From assembly GCA_002189035.1 (NCBI GenBank), contig CM007989.1, positions 7,254,001 through 7,318,000 of the forward strand: a stretch of 64,000 nucleotides of DNA, in the 5' to 3' direction. The translations under genes were made by a program, and so were the position numbers. This document shows, in pieces, positions 61,197 to 64,000 of the stretch; positions within the stretch are counted from its first letter, which is position 1; every line of letters starts with the position of its first letter. The notes below the pieces were generated by a model. That model ran no database searches. It worked only from the letters and a program-made list of their open reading frames with translations, and was not told the DNA's origin. This DNA comes from Utricularia gibba. Its lineage: Eukaryota > Plantae > Magnoliophyta.

Positions 61197-64000
61197 ATGA
61201 TCGACTATGAGCGTAAACCGATCGAGCTGCGGGCTACTGAGGCCTTGGGCCAGGGATTTGATCTTGCGAGCGATTTCAAGCTCGATTACGTTAAGAGATG
61301 CCCTATCGGAACGCGGTTAGTTGTTCTGGACAAGACGAAGAACAGAGATGTGATTGTGCCTGGAGTGGGAACTATCAAGGATGTGCCTGAATGCATTCGT
61401 ATTGACAAGGGAGATCATACTCGGTTTAGTTCCGATATCCTCCTGTTCAACCAGGTATTCTTGATTTTTTTTCTTGTTTTTCCTGGTTTTTGGGAGCATT
61501 GCATAATTGTGATATTTGGCTATCCTATTCGTGGGTACAATTTTTGTTTTCTGGGAGAATATTGGTCTTAATTATTGGGGTTGATATGAATAATTGATTA
61601 GATTCAGAAAAAACTCATACTATATGTGTAAAAGGTGGTTTTTTAGCGCAATTTTCTGGGAGAAAAAAATCTTGTGACGTAACAAGTTCATTATTAGGAA
61701 CTAAACTTACTGTTGTACCCTGGCATCATGGTTTGCAAATTGAGAATTTATGCATAATCTAAAATGAAAGCAGGCGAATGACACATTCTTCACTCTTTCC
61801 GTATTTTGCTATCGCTGCTGGTTGCCTCCTTACCTATTTGACCGCATGTATTCATATCTGCATCAAGTAGAGAATGATCATAAGAGTTGAACTAATGAAA
61901 GGTTCAATTTTCAGATGTCAGAGTTGATTAATCAAAGATCATCAGTGCAAGGGAAAGTTCCATCCGGGTACCTTAATACCGTTTTTGATTTAAGTGGCTT
62001 TTGGTTGAAGGATGCTGAAGAGGCGAAGTATTTAGCATTCGACGGCTCTTTTGTTTCACTTTATTATCTGCACTTGACCACTTCACCTGTGGTGCTTAGT
62101 GACCATGTAAAGAAGGCGGTGCCTCGCCTATGGGATCCTGCTTCACTTTCCAGGTAATCTGTTCCACCTTGTTCTTACTGTCATTACAGCATGTCAATGT
62201 GACATTTTTAGGTTTTTAAATATTTTGCTCGGTGCCCTGAGATTGGGATGCTCTGATTACTTTCACTTTTGTACTATTTTAGGTGTTTCATGTAATCTAT
62301 CTGCTGAGTGATAATTGCAAACTCTGATTTATTTCTTATCAATTGAACCTCTTTTTTCATGATATTAACCCAGATTCATCAAGACTTTTGGAACACACAT
62401 AGTAACGGGAATGGCAATTGGAGGACATCATTTAATTTGTGCTAAACAGAGATCTTCTTCTCCAATCTCACCTGCTGAACTTAAGGGATATCTGGAGGAA
62501 GTTGGCGATCGCTTGTTTTCTGATGCTGCTAGTCACATATTCGATAGTACAGCCAAATACAATGATAAAAGAGTAGGGCTTTTGTTACATCTTATTGCTA
62601 ACTGTATGAATAATTTAAACTGCTGTCGTGATCATACTCCATTCTTTTTGCAGCTTCCGAATGTACTTAGTGATGTTCTTCAGCCACGCCACTCGGAGTT
62701 AATCAGCAAGACAGTAAGTTATCCTTATGATCTATTTTGGAAGATGAGGTGTTTTCTCGGATTTATTAGTGTACTTTTGACTGTAATAAGATGAGGTCTT
62801 GTAAGGCGTCCCCTGTTGATACATGTGCAACTTTGCAGGGTCTTACGGTTTTTTGTTCAAAGAGAGGAGGTGATGTTTTTGCACAAAATCACTCCAGTTG
62901 GCTGCAGTCGGTGCCAGCCAATCCAGAGGCTATACTTTTTAAGTTTGTTCCAATAACCTCTCTTCTAAACGGGATTCCAGGAAGTGGGTTCCTTAGCCAT
63001 GCGATTAATCTCTATCTCAGATGTGGGTTTCTACTTTCTGCCTCGTAAGCTCTCCCACTTTTTTCTGTTGTACAATTATATATAATCAATCCTTTTTGCG
63101 GACTTTCTTCAGATAAACCATCATTGGAGGATTTGCCCTACTTCCTAGAATTCCAAGTTCCTCTACAGTGGGCTCCTTTATTTTGCGAGTTGCCTCTAAG
63201 ACATCAGAGAAGGAAAACTGCAGTTCCTCATTTGCAGTTTCGCTTCCTAGCTCCTAAAATTTTTGTCAGTCTTTCCCAGGTGTGTGCTCGGATTTCAACC
63301 CTGTTGTGGGGATAGTTTTTGAAGTTTCATACGTATTGGCACATTCTGCATGGTCACCATTTGGAAAAGCCTGTATTCACGTGATTGATCCTCATTTCTT
63401 GGATTGATTGTGTTTTCCTTGTCTAAATTTATCATCATGATGTAGGTCAGCAGCGATGCGAAACCGGTCACTGGTTTGCGTCTGTTTCTTGAAGGAAAGA
63501 GAAGCAATCGCCTGGCAATACACGTCCAGCATCTGTCGAATCTACCACATATCATGACTTCTTCCAAATCAACAATACAACCCAGATGGCGAGGCTCTAA
63601 TGATTACGAGTCACACAACCAGTTCCTGGAACCAGTGGGTTGGAAGAGATACGCAAATGTTTGCGCTTCTGTCGTCCAGCATGATCCTCAATGGCTGCAA
63701 GAATCATCTGCATCTCCTGGTGTTTTCATAGTAACTGGTGCCCAACTAGTCATCCAGGGAAGATGGCCGACCAAGGTTCTTCACCTCCGTTTGTGTTTTA
63801 CCCACATTCCAGACTGCAGCATCCGGAAGACAGAATGGGCATCTACCCCTGAAGCCTCTGGAAAATCAAGCTTCTTCACAAATCTAAGCACCACTTTCAC
63901 ATTCTCCCAGAGAGGAGCACCCGCAGCCGGTGACAATAAGAAGCAACCCAAGACCCTCAACTCTGGGGTGTTTCCAGACGGCCCACCAGTCCCTGTTCGG
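61197..64000 (+). CDS. MACPF domain-containing protein (NSL1/CAD1 family, At1g14780-like); 3' end runs off the right edge
   Basis: EALGQGFDLASDFKL, KGDHTRFSSDILLFNQMSELINQ, FIKTFGTHIVTGMAIGG, FKFVPITSLLNGIPGSGFLSHAINLYLR, FLEFQVP, NSGVFPDGPPVPV. Splice chain intact. Confidence 0.9.

Overview
Plant (eudicot) nuclear genomic DNA from a very compact, gene-dense region. Bases 1-44 kb hold 16 ordinary intron-containing genes at about one per 2.7 kb: FPA, SIG1, MAEA, a DUF4504-like gene, an RNF10-like gene, a DUF716/TMEM45-like gene, aspartokinase, SIP1, CLC-e, an OB-fold tRNA-binding protein, ARP7, ALF4, a thiol/halide methyltransferase, an IQD, BRX1 and a UGT74. Bases 44.3-59.6 kb are a minus-strand tandem array of 8 class IV chitinase-derived units with heavily shuffled domains. 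A MACPF-domain gene runs off the right edge. The most striking element is inside the array and is missed by the ORF track. The apparent AT-rich repeat at 48.7-50.7 kb resolves into 15 in-frame, phase-0 micro-exons (18-39 nt, each with AG/GT splice sites) encoding a basic Ser-Pro extensin-like tail. They are fused to a signal peptide plus hevein domain, giving a predicted 190-aa secreted hevein-extensin chimera with no catalytic domain. One class of its introns is homologous to the hinge intron of a neighbouring three-hevein chitinase. Caveat: I found 11 single-base deletions in G/C homopolymers that frameshift otherwise conserved genes. These are most likely long-read assembly errors, so those genes are not called pseudogenes. 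All exon structures were read by hand and none are transcript-verified.
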